Counted from the first letter of the stretch, positions 26,271 to 36,407 are shown. The stretch is 64,000 nucleotides of DNA from Eubacteriales bacterium (GCA_045606265.1 JAZURO010000233.1:174-64173), one strand, 5' to 3'. Notes: generated by a model from the sequence alone, not told the origin. A program made the numbers and translations.

Positions 26271-27671
26271 TTAAGCTTCTGTTTTTTCTTCAGTAGCTTT
26301 CTTAGTTGTTTTTCTTGTTTTCTTTACGGGTTTTTCTTCGCCTTCAACTGCTTCTGCCTTGGGAGCCGTCTTCTTAGTTGCTCTTTTCTTGGGAGATTTA
26401 ACAACTGCGTGATCCTTTACAGCATTATATGCATTTTTAACAGACAAATCAGCTGCGATCAATTCAGGATTGATAGATGCCTTAACCTGTTCAATTTCCA
26501 TATTGTATGCCTTAGCGATCTTTTCAAATTCAGCGTTGATTTCTTCATCAGATACTTGAATATTTTCAAGTTCAGCAATCTTTTCAGCAGCAAGTCTAAC
26601 CTTTACGTTGCGTTCAGCCTGAGCTCTGTACTGTGCGCGAAGTCCTTCAATAGTCATGCCAACGTACTGCAAGTAGATTTCAGTGGGGATACCCATTGAT
26701 TTGATCTGATTTTCAAAATCGCTGAAGTACTTGTTGGCTTCGTCTTCAAACATAACCTCGGGAATGTCGGCATCAATCTTAGAGATAAGAGCGTCTTCGA
26801 TCTGAGAATCGATAGCAGCGAGAGCATCGGACTCGTGTCTTGCTTCAATTTTAGCCTTAATATCAGCCAAATATTCATCGATTGTGTCAAATTCGGAAGC
26901 ATCCTTAGCAAACTCATCATCAAGCTCGGGAAGCTCAATTTCTGTAATTGCGTGGATCTTTACCTTAAATACAGCTTCTTTGCCTGCAAGGTTGTCGGCA
27001 TGATATTCGCTGGGGAATGTAACAAGAACGTCAAATTCGTCGTCAACTGAGTGACCAACGATCTGATCCTCGAATCCGGGAATAAATGAACCTGAGCCAA
27101 GCTTGAGGGCATAATCTTCACCCTTTCCGCCATCAAAAGCTACACCGTCAACAAATCCTTCAAAATCGATAACTGTTGTGTCACCAAGCTTTGCGGGACG
27201 ATCGTTAGCATCTATCTGACGGCTGTATTTTTCTCTAACAAGCTCAATTTCGTGATTGATCTCGTCTTCTGTAACGGGAGCAACTTCCTTAGTTACTTCA
27301 ATTCCAAAATAACCTTCGATTTTAACTTCGGGTTTAACAAATACCTTAGCTGTGAAAACAACACCGTTTTCATCAATTGAGAGAACATCAATCTCGGGCA
27401 TAGAAACTGCATTGATACCGGACTCGATAAGTGCTGCCTCATAAGCATCAGGAAGGATATCGTTAAGAGCTGTATCATAGAAGAAGCCCTTACCGTACAT
27501 TTTTTCGATCATAGATCTGGGTGCTTTACCCTTTCTGAATCCGGGAATATTGATTTTTCCTACTTCTTTTTTGTAAGCACGCTCAATAGCTGCTTCAAAA
27601 ACGGATTGTTCAACAGAGAAGTGAAGCTCAACTTTGTTAGCTTCGATTTTTTCGTTTTTGATTAAATTCAT
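26271..27671 (-). CDS. tig: Trigger factor, with a Lys-rich C-terminal tail
   Basis: PGFRKGKAP ribosome-binding motif and an FKBP-like middle domain. tig-clpP-clpX order. Confidence 0.95.
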   Translation of the reverse strand: MNLIKNEKIEANKVELHFSVEQSVFEAAIERAYKKEVGKINIPGFRKGKAPRSMIEKMYGKGFFYDTALNDILPDAYEAALIESGINAVSMPEIDVLSIDENGVVFTAKVFVKPEVKIEGYFGIEVTKEVAPVTEDEINHEIELVREKYSRQIDANDRPAKLGDTTVIDFEGFVDGVAFDGGKGEDYALKLGSGSFIPGFEDQIVGHSVDDEFDVLVTFPSEYHADNLAGKEAVFKVKIHAITEIELPELDDEFAKDASEFDTIDEYLADIKAKIEARHESDALAAIDSQIEDALISKIDADIPEVMFEDEANKYFSDFENQIKSMGIPTEIYLQYVGMTIEGLRAQYRAQAERNVKVRLAAEKIAELENIQVSDEEINAEFEKIAKAYNMEIEQVKASINPELIAADLSVKNAYNAVKDHAVVKSPKKRATKKTAPKAEAVEGEEKPVKKTRKTTKKATEEKTEA

Positions 27672-27707
27672 TTTTTAATCCTCCAAATATTTTTACATAC
27701 ATCGTTT

Positions 27708-27736
27708 ATTATACATAATTAACAACAAAATGTCAA
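27708..27736 (-). promoter_or_regulatory. Sigma-A-type promoter of the tig-clpP-clpX cluster
   Basis: TTGACA, 17 nt, TATAAT on the minus strand. Confidence 0.7.
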
Positions 27737-27762
27737 GGTTTTTTCGCAAAAACGCCAAAATA

Positions 27763-28491
27763 TTAGATAAAAATTGGCATTGGAGCAAAATTCAGGTAAT
27801 CTGCTGCAACCATTGTGAAGCTGATTGAGTCATAAGTAAATTGTCTTGGAATTGAATAATTGTTATGAATGTGACCGTAATAGCAGTTTGTGATATTATA
27901 TTTTTTCAATACGTCAAGTATTTTATCACAAACGCAGTCAGCATAAACAGGCGGAAAATGAAGAAAAACAAGTATGGGCAAATCCGTGTTCTCATTTTTT
28001 ATTTTCATCGCTTCCATAAGACTGATTTCTAGTCTTTGAGCTTCACGGGCAACTATTTTTTCATAGTCAACCTCGCCAACTGTTTTTTGTTGTTTTTCAT
28101 CATAAAACCATCCTCTTGAACCGCAGATTATACAATCGTCAAGCAAATAAGCGTTATTGTGCAAGAGTTTGATAGATTTTATGTTGTTTGCTTCAAAAAA
28201 TGAATTTATTTTTGTTGCGGTTGACCACCAGAAATCGTGATTTCCTTTGCCGATAATCTTGGTTCCGGGCAATGAATCAAGAAACAAAAAATCCGATTTA
28301 GCTTCTTCAAGTGTCATAGCCCACGAAATATCACCGGGAATAACGATAATATCATCGTCATTGATGATGGCTTTGAAATACTTTTCAAGCTTTTGATGAT
28401 AATCCTTCCATTTAGTACCGAATTTTTCCATTGATTTATTTGTCGTTTCATTCGTTGATAAATGGAGATCTGAAATAACGTATAAAGACAT
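27763..28491 (-). CDS. Metallophosphoesterase (calcineurin-like phosphoesterase family)
   Basis: Intact motifs SDLHL, PGDISW, GNHDFWW and HFPP. Confidence 0.8.
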   Translation of the reverse strand: MSLYVISDLHLSTNETTNKSMEKFGTKWKDYHQKLEKYFKAIINDDDIIVIPGDISWAMTLEEAKSDFLFLDSLPGTKIIGKGNHDFWWSTATKINSFFEANNIKSIKLLHNNAYLLDDCIICGSRGWFYDEKQQKTVGEVDYEKIVAREAQRLEISLMEAMKIKNENTDLPILVFLHFPPVYADCVCDKILDVLKKYNITNCYYGHIHNNYSIPRQFTYDSISFTMVAADYLNFAPMPIFI

Positions 28492-28590
28492 TAAATAATC
28501 CTTTCTTGTGAATAAGGTCTCCGAAATAGCTAATAATAATATCGAGAGTTAACTCTCAATAAAAAGCCACAAGGCAGAACGGAGCATAAG

Positions 28591-28779
28591 ATGAATAACG
28601 AGAAAAATTGCTGTGGAAATTCCAAAAATGTGATCAAGGGTATCACCTGCGACGTAATCACTTGTCAGTATCATACAGGTGAGGGGCATTGTACAGCAGG
28701 TCATATCAAGGTTGGACCAAGTCAGGCGGAGGTAAGCAGAGAAACACTTTGCACAACCTTCAAAAACAGAACTGAATAA
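28591..28779 (+). CDS. DUF1540 domain protein
   Basis: 62 aa, with ITCDVITCQYHTGEGHCTAGHIKV, a Cys/His pattern typical of DUF1540. Confidence 0.7.
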   Translation: MNNEKNCCGNSKNVIKGITCDVITCQYHTGEGHCTAGHIKVGPSQAEVSRETLCTTFKNRTE

Positions 28780-28787
28780 GCACACAT

Positions 28788-28820
28788 AAAGCATATCTCT
28801 TTGAGGTATGCTTTTTATTT
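28788..28820. terminator. Rho-independent terminator between convergent genes
   Basis: AAAGCATA-N11-TATGCTTT followed by TTATTTTT. Confidence 0.7.
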
Positions 28821-30314
28821 TTCCAAAAAATGCAACAATTCGTTATACATATTATTGGGTGTCGTTACACCGCTGAAATTGACAGGTTTTTTATCGAGAT
28901 CTGTCAGTGGTGACGGTATTTTTGTATGGGTCTTTTCAGACAGCTCCCTAAGTATTGAAAGATCGTCAAATTGATTTTCACCAAATATAGCACCGTAAAC
29001 GTTGCCTGCAAATTTATAAGGATTTGCGGTTGAAGCTACAACAGTTTTTGTATCATCGGATGAGTCATACCTATATGATTCAAGAGCTGAGAAAGCAACA
29101 GCAGTATGCGTATCCATCAGATAATCGTAGTCATTATAGTACTTTTTGATAGTATCTGAGGTTTTGCTTTCATCTGCAAAATAGCCAATAAAATTCTCAG
29201 CAATTTTTGCTTTAACTTCTTCGTCAATTTGAAATACTCCGTTATCATTCAGTTCTTTCATATACTCAGATGTCTGCTCAGCTCCGCAAATCCAATAAAG
29301 AAGACGTTCAAGATTACTTGAAATCAAAATATCCATCGACGGCGACATTGTAAGATAGAAATCTCTGTTCCTATCATATTTTCCTGTGTTCAGGAAGTCG
29401 GTTAAAATATTGTTGGAATTGGATGCGCAAATCAGTTTATTTATTGGCAATCCCATCATCTTTGCTATATATGCGGCAAGTATATTACCGAAATTTCCCG
29501 TGGGGACGCAAATATTGATCTTTTCTCCAAAAGTAATTTCATTCTGTGACAGCAAATCGCAATATGCCTTAACATAATAAACAATTTGTGGAGCAAGACG
29601 TCCGAAGTTTATTGAATTGGCGCTTGAAAGAAAATATCCTTTTGCGTTTAATTCATCTGCTATTTTTTCATTATTAAATATTTTTTTGACACCGCTTTGA
29701 ATATCGTCAAAATTACCTTGAACCGCACAAACATTTACATTGTTACCGATTTGTGTGGTCATTTGTAATTCCTGAATTGCGCTTACACCGTTTTGGGGAT
29801 AAAATACGTTTATCTTAATTTGCGCTGCATCCTTGTATCCTTCAAGTGCAGCTTTGCCCGTATCTCCCGATGTTGCAACAACTATAAGTGCCGTGCGAGT
29901 TTCTCCCGTCTTTTTAAGTGACCGTGAAAGAAGTTTTGGCATAATTTGAAGTGCCATATCCTTAAACGCACACGTAGGGCCGTGCCAAAGTTCAAGGGAA
30001 TACGTATCGGAATTAATTTTATGCAAGGGGCAGGGATCCTTAGAAAAGGATGCCTCCGAATAAGAATGAATACAATCTTCAAGAAGCTCGTCGTATGAAT
30101 AGTCGCTCAAAAAGAAAGAAAGAATCCTTGCGGCAAGCTCAGGATATGAGAGGGAACAAAAGGAAATTATTTCATCTTTTGTAAACGTCGGTATATTTTC
30201 GGGAACAAAAAGCCCTCCATCGTCAGCAAGACCTTGCTTGATAACTTGCGCAGAGCTGTATTTTTTTGCTTGTTTATCTCTAGTGCTTTGAAAATTCATA
30301 AATTTCTCCATCAT
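28815..30314 (-). CDS. thrC: Threonine synthase (long form)
   Basis: PLP-lysine context TCAFKDMALQ; 499 aa. ATGA overlap with the upstream dipeptidase stop. Confidence 0.9.
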   Translation of the reverse strand: MMEKFMNFQSTRDKQAKKYSSAQVIKQGLADDGGLFVPENIPTFTKDEIISFCSLSYPELAARILSFFLSDYSYDELLEDCIHSYSEASFSKDPCPLHKINSDTYSLELWHGPTCAFKDMALQIMPKLLSRSLKKTGETRTALIVVATSGDTGKAALEGYKDAAQIKINVFYPQNGVSAIQELQMTTQIGNNVNVCAVQGNFDDIQSGVKKIFNNEKIADELNAKGYFLSSANSINFGRLAPQIVYYVKAYCDLLSQNEITFGEKINICVPTGNFGNILAAYIAKMMGLPINKLICASNSNNILTDFLNTGKYDRNRDFYLTMSPSMDILISSNLERLLYWICGAEQTSEYMKELNDNGVFQIDEEVKAKIAENFIGYFADESKTSDTIKKYYNDYDYLMDTHTAVAFSALESYRYDSSDDTKTVVASTANPYKFAGNVYGAIFGENQFDDLSILRELSEKTHTKIPSPLTDLDKKPVNFSGVTTPNNMYNELLHFLEK

Positions 30315-31243
30315 ATATTTCTTTTGAAAAACTCAAAAGCATTTTTATACATTATTTTGTTTATAAGCTCTTCAGAATAATTAAGTCTTTGCATCTCGTC
30401 AGCAATTTTATGAATATCCTGAATTCCGAAAAAACCATCGGGCAAATCTGTTCCGTCAAGGTCAGTTCCCATAGCAAGTATATTTTTGCCACCCAATGAC
30501 AGATAGTGCTCGATATGTCTTATGACATCAGAGATGTTTGCTGAATCAGCGGAAGCAAGATGAGAGGGGCAGAGATTAATTCCAACAAGACCTCCAAGCT
30601 TTAATAATTCAAGAAAATGTTCGTCTTTAAGATTCCTTGTGTGTTGATTTACGGAATAAGAATCGGAGTGAGACGCAACGATTGGATTATTATATCGTTG
30701 GGCTAATTCAAGTGTCATTTCGGCACCTTTGAAGGAACAATGTGAAATGTCGGGAATAATACCGAGATCAAAGCAGGATTTAACAACTGATACTCCAAAT
30801 TCCGTGAGGCCTTTGTTTGTATCGTGACCGCCTCCAATGCAGGTTTCACCGTACCAGTTCAATGTAAGCAATCTGACACCGTGATTGCGCAAAGTCGTAA
30901 GACGTAAAATATCGTTATTGAGGATTCTCGCATCCTCTACTGCAAGAATTATAGGTGTCTTTCCTTCGTTAGCAGAAGATAATAATTCATCCGAGGTTGA
31001 CACAAGTTTAGCACGACTTTTATTAATTTCAACTTCATTTCTAAGGTTTGTTTCCACTTCAAAAAATCTGCTGTATCCTTCATCATCAGTCAGTTTGTAA
31101 TTAGTCCAAACAGCCATGACCTGAGCATACTGCTCAAAGGATTCGGTCCTTTTGAGGGATATGTGTAAATTATTATCGTAAAGGGACTGCTTTTCGCTTA
31201 ACAGACGTGTAGAAGTATCACAATGCAAATCAAAAAGTTTCAT
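30311..31243 (-). CDS. Membrane-dipeptidase family (M19) metallopeptidase
   Basis: N-terminal FDLHCDT and ...ASHSDS...; size typical of the family. Confidence 0.88.
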   Translation of the reverse strand: MKLFDLHCDTSTRLLSEKQSLYDNNLHISLKRTESFEQYAQVMAVWTNYKLTDDEGYSRFFEVETNLRNEVEINKSRAKLVSTSDELLSSANEGKTPIILAVEDARILNNDILRLTTLRNHGVRLLTLNWYGETCIGGGHDTNKGLTEFGVSVVKSCFDLGIIPDISHCSFKGAEMTLELAQRYNNPIVASHSDSYSVNQHTRNLKDEHFLELLKLGGLVGINLCPSHLASADSANISDVIRHIEHYLSLGGKNILAMGTDLDGTDLPDGFFGIQDIHKIADEMQRLNYSEELINKIMYKNAFEFFKRNI

Positions 31244-31245
31244 AA

Positions 31246-31641
31246 TCAGTTACCAAATGCATCTTCAATATGGTTTATTTTCATAATATTTAGTGGGTTA
31301 TTTCTGTCAAGATAAACCTCAATTACGTCAATGCGGGGAGTTTTCTTGCTTGGATGTTGCGTAAGATATGTCTGTGCAGCCATCAAAGTTCGTTTTTGCT
31401 TTGAATACGTAACAGCAGATGCAGGAGTTCCAAACTCAAAGCTTGAATCTCTTGAGCACGAGCGAGTTTTTACCTCAACAAATATAATATATTGTTTGTT
31501 TTCGGCTATGATGTCAATTTCATTGTGAGAAGCGTAATAATTCTGCTCCAATATCTTGAATTTCTTGTTTCTGAGATACTCACAGCAAGCGATCTCGCCG
31601 TATCTTCCTATTTCTGTTGTGTTTTTCATATCATTCTTCAT
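31246..31641 (-). CDS. yraN: YraN-family (UPF0102) endonuclease-like protein
   Basis: GRYGEIACCEYL...EIDIIAENKQYIIFVEVKTR. The track ORF extends upstream into rnhB. The likely start is the ATG at 31641 or 31629, overlapping or abutting the rnhB stop. Confidence 0.8.
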   Translation of the reverse strand: MKNDMKNTTEIGRYGEIACCEYLRNKKFKILEQNYYASHNEIDIIAENKQYIIFVEVKTRSCSRDSSFEFGTPASAVTYSKQKRTLMAAQTYLTQHPSKKTPRIDVIEVYLDRNNPLNIMKINHIEDAFGN

Positions 31642-32233
31642 TAAGAAAGCGTATGAACTTTTTTCTGTGAATAGGAGACGGTCCAAACTCGCGTAAAGCC
31701 TGCATGTGTTGTTTTGTGCCATATCCTTTATGCTTGGCAATACCGTATTGGGGATAGTCCTTATCCATTTGCTCACACATTTCATCTCTCGTTACTTTTG
31801 CAAGAATTGATGCAGCTGCAATACTCGGGCTTGTAGCATCACCTTTGATAATTGTCATTGTTGGGATAGTAAATCCGCGACTGATATTGCCGTCAATGAT
31901 TGCAAAATCAGCTTTGATTTGCAATCCTTCTACAGCGCGGCGCATAGCAAGCATATCTGCTTCAAGAATATTAAGCTCGTCAATTTCCTCAACGCTTGCC
32001 TCGGCAATACAGTATGCAACAGCATTTTCCTTTATCTTGTTGAAAACTTCTTTTCTTTTCTTGGGAGAGAGCTTTTTTGAATCGTTAAGTCCCTCTATGT
32101 ATAAACCCATAGGCAAAATGCAAGCAGCAGCAACAACGGGACCGCAAAGGGGACCTCTGCCTGCTTCGTCAACACCGCAAACAAATTTGTAGCCCTGTTC
32201 AATAAGGGACTGTTCAATGGAATATTCTAACAT
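31631..32233 (-). CDS. rnhB: Ribonuclease HII
   Basis: GVDEAGRGPLCGPVV and DSKKLS motifs. Confidence 0.95.
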   Translation of the reverse strand: MLEYSIEQSLIEQGYKFVCGVDEAGRGPLCGPVVAAACILPMGLYIEGLNDSKKLSPKKRKEVFNKIKENAVAYCIAEASVEEIDELNILEADMLAMRRAVEGLQIKADFAIIDGNISRGFTIPTMTIIKGDATSPSIAAASILAKVTRDEMCEQMDKDYPQYGIAKHKGYGTKQHMQALREFGPSPIHRKKFIRFLNEE

Positions 32234-32236
32234 AAA

Positions 32237-33100
32237 CTAAATCCTGTCAAGTGTAATTTTTCCTATTTTTGCGCTTCTGAATTCTTCGAGAAGCATATTG
32301 GCGGTTCTTTCGTAATCAATTTCGCCGCCGCTGATAAGAAATCCTCGTTTTTTACCAATTAACTCAAACAATTCAAGATCGGTAAGATTATCGCAAACTG
32401 AAATATCACCAAGCTTGTATCGTTCTGAGAGTAGCTTGGGGTATTGTTTTCTGAGTCGGGAGCAGAGAACTATGGCAAGGGTCTCAATGTCAAGAATTTT
32501 ATCTTTAATGGCACCTGTAAGAGCAAGATTTTCACCAATCGTTCTATCGTCGAATTTGGGCCAGAGAACCCCGGGCATATCCATAAGCATAAGACCTATA
32601 TTTGTGTCAACCCATTGTTTGTCAACAGTAACTCCAGGACGGTTTTCCACCTTTGCCTTCTTTGAGCCGCATATTTTATTAATAAGTGAGGATTTTCCGA
32701 CGTTGGGGATTCCAACGATCATAGCTTTCAGCTTTCTTCCTGTCATACCCTTGGCTTCATAGCGTTGAATCTTTTCAGCAAGAACAGTATTAACAGCATC
32801 TTTAATTTTGTTAATACCCATACCGCTTACGCAGTCAGTGGTAATACAAATTGTTTGTTCATTTGAATAATACTCACACCATTTCTTTGTCATTTCCGGA
32901 TCGGCAAGAGTTGCCTTGTTAAGTAACAAAATGGTGGGCTTTTGCGCAGTCATTGCCGCAATTTCGGGATTCCGTGAGCTTTTGGGTATTCTTGCGTCAA
33001 GAATTTCGATTACGACGTCAACGTTTTTTAGATTTTCCGTGATCATTCGGCGAGTTTTTGCCATATGACCGGGGAACCACTGTATTTGTTCTGATGGCAT
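32237..33100 (-). CDS. rbgA: Ribosome biogenesis GTPase A (YlqF/RbgA)
   Basis: IQWFPGHMAKT, and circularly permuted G motifs NKATLAD ... GIPNVGKSSLIN. Confidence 0.93.
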   Translation of the reverse strand: MPSEQIQWFPGHMAKTRRMITENLKNVDVVIEILDARIPKSSRNPEIAAMTAQKPTILLLNKATLADPEMTKKWCEYYSNEQTICITTDCVSGMGINKIKDAVNTVLAEKIQRYEAKGMTGRKLKAMIVGIPNVGKSSLINKICGSKKAKVENRPGVTVDKQWVDTNIGLMLMDMPGVLWPKFDDRTIGENLALTGAIKDKILDIETLAIVLCSRLRKQYPKLLSERYKLGDISVCDNLTDLELFELIGKKRGFLISGGEIDYERTANMLLEEFRSAKIGKITLDRI

Positions 33101-33113
33101 AATTTTTTCTTCC

Positions 33114-33704
33114 TTAATTTATAATTCCAAATTTATCTTTGGGAGATATTCTGAGCAGCACTTTGCCAAGCACAGTCTTTTCATCAATTACTCCCATCAA
33201 TTCAGATCTGCTGTCAAGGGAATTGTTTCGGTTATCTCCCATAACAAACAAATGACCCTCGGGAACATAGACCTCGTACACTCCTCTGGCATCATATTCG
33301 CCCGAGTCGAAAAAAGCATAGGATGATTCGTCAATTATATCCTCATCCGTAAATATTTCGTCATCTGAAACGAATAAAGTACCGTTGTTATAGTCGATTC
33401 GGACGTATTTATCACCTGTTGCAATAACTCTTTTAACGCAGGGCTCATTTAGATAATCTCCGGTTTGATGAAATACTATAATGTCATTTTCTTTTGGTGT
33501 GTATAAAAAATTATAGATTACCAGTTGTTCACCTTCGTGAAGGGTATCTATCATTGAGTCACCAACAACGGTGCAAACCCTGAAAATAAACGTTAATAAA
33601 ATTAAAATTATGATTAGCGCTTTAATGATAGAGTCAAACCATTCATATAGAGAAGATGAAGGTTCTTGATTTTTATATGAAGAAAGATTGATATCAGAAT
33701 TCAA
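33114..33704 (-). CDS. lepB: Signal peptidase I
   Basis: GDSMIDTL (catalytic Ser box) and GDNRNNSLDSR. Confidence 0.92.
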   Translation of the reverse strand: MNSDINLSSYKNQEPSSSLYEWFDSIIKALIIILILLTFIFRVCTVVGDSMIDTLHEGEQLVIYNFLYTPKENDIIVFHQTGDYLNEPCVKRVIATGDKYVRIDYNNGTLFVSDDEIFTDEDIIDESSYAFFDSGEYDARGVYEVYVPEGHLFVMGDNRNNSLDSRSELMGVIDEKTVLGKVLLRISPKDKFGIIN

Positions 33705-33824
33705 AATATACCTCCGAAAACCAGTAAGAAATATTACTTAACATTAATTGTAACACATTTTAGAAGAATAAACAAGTTTTTTTGAAAAAAATAAAAAAAT
33801 ATGATAAAAAAATTAAAAACGATA

Positions 33825-33853
33825 TTGACAACTTTTGAAAAATATGCTAAGAT
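33825..33853 (+). promoter_or_regulatory. Sigma-A-type promoter
   Basis: TTGACA, 17 nt, TAAGAT. Confidence 0.6.
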
Positions 33854-33940
33854 AAATTGAAACATAATATTGAATTGTCAATTGGCTTCTTTTTCGGCTT
33901 TTTCAATTCAAAATCTATAGATACATGTAAGGAGAACAAT

Positions 33941-34408
33941 ATGCTTGTTTATGTTTTGACGGGTATTTGGGCGGCATTGTTGGCTTGTTCAGTGCTCTAT
34001 TCAATCTTTGGCGATGCTAAGTTTGGTGTCCCCGCTTCTGCTGCAACAGGCGCAGCTATGATAGTGTCTCTTGTAATGCCTGCAAATGAATTTTACGTAA
34101 GCTTCTTTGCACAGGTAGCTGTTGCCGGTGTTATCGTTGCTATACCTCTTATTTGGTATATCATAGCAGGTAAGGCAAATAGCGATAAGAGAATCAGAAA
34201 AGGAAAAGCTAATATTAGAGCTCTTATTGGTCAAAGATGTCTTGTTGTTGAAGATATTTCCAACATCCATGACAAAGGCCTTGTAAAATATAAAGGCAAT
34301 TTGTGGAGCGCGCGCTCTGTTAGCGAAAACGATTATATCGAAGAAGGTACGATCGTTGTCATTAACTATGTTGAGGGCGTTAAGCTCATTTGTTCAAGAG
34401 AAAGATAA
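33941..34408 (+). CDS. NfeD-family membrane protein
   Basis: Start moved to MLVYVLTGIW, with an AAGGAGA RBS. TM segments plus a C-terminal OB-like domain GLVKYKGNLWSARS. Precedes an SPFH gene. Confidence 0.8.
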   Translation: MLVYVLTGIWAALLACSVLYSIFGDAKFGVPASAATGAAMIVSLVMPANEFYVSFFAQVAVAGVIVAIPLIWYIIAGKANSDKRIRKGKANIRALIGQRCLVVEDISNIHDKGLVKYKGNLWSARSVSENDYIEEGTIVVINYVEGVKLICSRER

Positions 34409-34425
34409 GAGGGAGGTAAAATAAT

Positions 34426-35454
34426 ATGTTGTTAGATTTGGTTTTGCTGTTTATAGCAGTTTTAGTTATTATTTTCCTTCTTGTTATTGCTCACCTCAGA
34501 ATTGTTCCCGAATCTGAAGCTTGGGTAATGGAAAGACTTGGCGTTTATTCAAGAACCTGGCACACAGGTCTTCATCTTAAGGTTCCTTTCATTGAAAAAC
34601 AAAGAGGCGAACCTATTGATCTCAGAGAACAGATTCTTGTAATCGGTGAAAGCTTCAATCATAGCAAGTATCCCACAAAGAATGGTGATAAGCGTGAGCA
34701 TTACGATAACGCATACAGCCCCATTCTCCACGCTCCTGAATCACAGCCCGTTATCACAAAGGATAACGTTAGAATGCTTGTTGATACAATCGTGTTCTAT
34801 CAGGTAACTGATCCTAAACTCTTCGTTTACGGTCACAGATATCCTCTCCAGGCTATCGAGCATCTTGCCGCTACAACACTTCGTAACCTTATCGGTGACC
34901 TCGAACTTGACCAGACGTTGTCATCAAGAGACTTGATTAACGCAAAGCTCAGAACAACCCTTGACGACGCTACTGATGCTTGGGGTATCAGAATTACACG
35001 TGTTGAAATCAAGAACATCATTATCAATGACGAACAGCTCAGCGCAGCGATGGAAAAACAGATGATCGCTGAACGTGAACGTAGAGCTGAGGTTATTAAG
35101 GCTGAGGGTTATAGAAAAGCTCAGATTCTTATGGCAGAAGGTGATAAGCAGTCTGAAATTCTTAGAGCTGAAGCAGCTAAGCAGAAAGCTATTCTTGAAG
35201 CTGAAGGTAAGAGAGAAGCTGATATCTGCGAAGGTGAAGGTGAAGCTGAAAGAATTATTTTGGTTGAACAGGCTAAGGCTGAGGGTATCAAGATGATCAA
35301 TGCTTCTGAACCCGGTCAGGGAGCTCTTACTCTCAAGAGTCTTGATGCTCTTGCTAAGGTTGGTGAAGGTAACTCCAACACAATTATCGTACCTTCCGAA
35401 CTCCAAGGTCTTGCAGGTCTTGCAAAGAGTGCGGCTGAGGTTTTTAACGCATAA
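34426..35454 (+). CDS. SPFH/Band-7 (stomatin/flotillin-like) protein
   Basis: N-terminal TM followed by an SPFH core (IVPESEAWVMERLG...TKDNV...VFYQVTDP...) and an Ala/Glu-rich coiled-coil tail. Confidence 0.9.
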   Translation: MLLDLVLLFIAVLVIIFLLVIAHLRIVPESEAWVMERLGVYSRTWHTGLHLKVPFIEKQRGEPIDLREQILVIGESFNHSKYPTKNGDKREHYDNAYSPILHAPESQPVITKDNVRMLVDTIVFYQVTDPKLFVYGHRYPLQAIEHLAATTLRNLIGDLELDQTLSSRDLINAKLRTTLDDATDAWGIRITRVEIKNIIINDEQLSAAMEKQMIAERERRAEVIKAEGYRKAQILMAEGDKQSEILRAEAAKQKAILEAEGKREADICEGEGEAERIILVEQAKAEGIKMINASEPGQGALTLKSLDALAKVGEGNSNTIIVPSELQGLAGLAKSAAEVFNA

Positions 35455-35476
35455 TGAATTGTAAATAATAGAATTG

Positions 35477-35507
35477 AAGGCACAAAGAAATTTGTGCCTT
35501 TCTTTTT
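35477..35507 (+). terminator. Rho-independent terminator
   Basis: AAGGCACAAA-gaaa-TTTGTGCCTT followed by TCTTTTTT. Confidence 0.85.
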
Positions 35508-35519
35508 TCGCAAAAAGCT

Positions 35520-35548
35520 TTGACAAAAGCGTGTATATATAGTATAAT
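35520..35548 (+). promoter_or_regulatory. Sigma-A-type promoter
   Basis: TTGACA, 17 nt, TATAAT. Confidence 0.75.
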
Positions 35549-35584
35549 GAATTAATTTAATAAAGTACTGCAAAGAGGTAAATT

Positions 35585-36331
35585 ATGCCAAGATTTTTTG
35601 TTAATCAGAATCAAATTGAAGAAGAATATGTAACTATTTACGGTGAGGATGCTCATCATATCTCGAGATCTTTGCGAATGGCGGTTGGCGAACATATAAT
35701 CGTTTCCGACTCTGAAAAATACGAATTTGATTGCGTTCTTGAATTATTTGCGGACGGATATGTTAAAGCTAAAATAGTAAATAGATTCATTTCAGAGAGT
35801 GAATTACCAATAAAAATACATCTGTTCCAAGCAATTCCAAAGGGAGATAAGCTTGACTTTATTATTCAGAAATCGGTTGAGTGCGGTGTTTATGAAATCA
35901 CACCATTTGAAAGCGAGTATTGTGTTGTCAAGGTTAAGAGGGATGCAGAGGAAAGAAAAACCGAGCGAAGAAATAAAATAGCACTTGAAGCCGCTAAGCA
36001 GTGCGGAAGGGGAATAATTCCAAAGGTTAAAAACAGTATATCTTTTGCCCAAATGGTGCAAGCTGCTTCAAATTGTGATGCAGTATTATTCTGCTATGAG
36101 GGACAGGAAACCGAGCCGATTGGAACTGCTATAAATAGAATAAAAAAGGGAAAAGATATACAATCCTTGGCTGTAATAATAGGTAGCGAAGGCGGATTTT
36201 CAAATGATGAAGCACTTCTTATAAAGTCACACGGATTTAATTCTGTTGGGCTCGGTAAAAGAATTTTGAGGGCTGAAACTGCTGCAATTTTTGCTCTTAG
36301 CTGTCTAGTGTATGAATTTGAATTAAAGTAG
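35585..36331 (+). CDS. rsmE: 16S rRNA (uracil1498-N3)-methyltransferase
   Basis: MPRFFV..., IIGSEGGFS, LGKRILRAETA. Confidence 0.92.
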   Translation: MPRFFVNQNQIEEEYVTIYGEDAHHISRSLRMAVGEHIIVSDSEKYEFDCVLELFADGYVKAKIVNRFISESELPIKIHLFQAIPKGDKLDFIIQKSVECGVYEITPFESEYCVVKVKRDAEERKTERRNKIALEAAKQCGRGIIPKVKNSISFAQMVQAASNCDAVLFCYEGQETEPIGTAINRIKKGKDIQSLAVIIGSEGGFSNDEALLIKSHGFNSVGLGKRILRAETAAIFALSCLVYEFELK

Positions 36332-36407
36332 AGCAAAGTTTTAACATAAAAATATAAAAAAAGCACAAAAAAAATTAAAAAAATTAGAGAAAATATCAAA
36401 ATACCTA

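Noticed and set aside
33857-33940. N-terminal extensions of track ORFs. This one is upstream of the NfeD gene. Others occur at 5173-5211, 16085-16105, 31642-31785, 47702-47755 and 59710-59799
   Set aside because: The extensions start at non-ATG or RBS-less codons, overlap promoters or upstream genes, and add non-homologous residues. Internal ATGs with good RBSs match the expected N-termini of the families.
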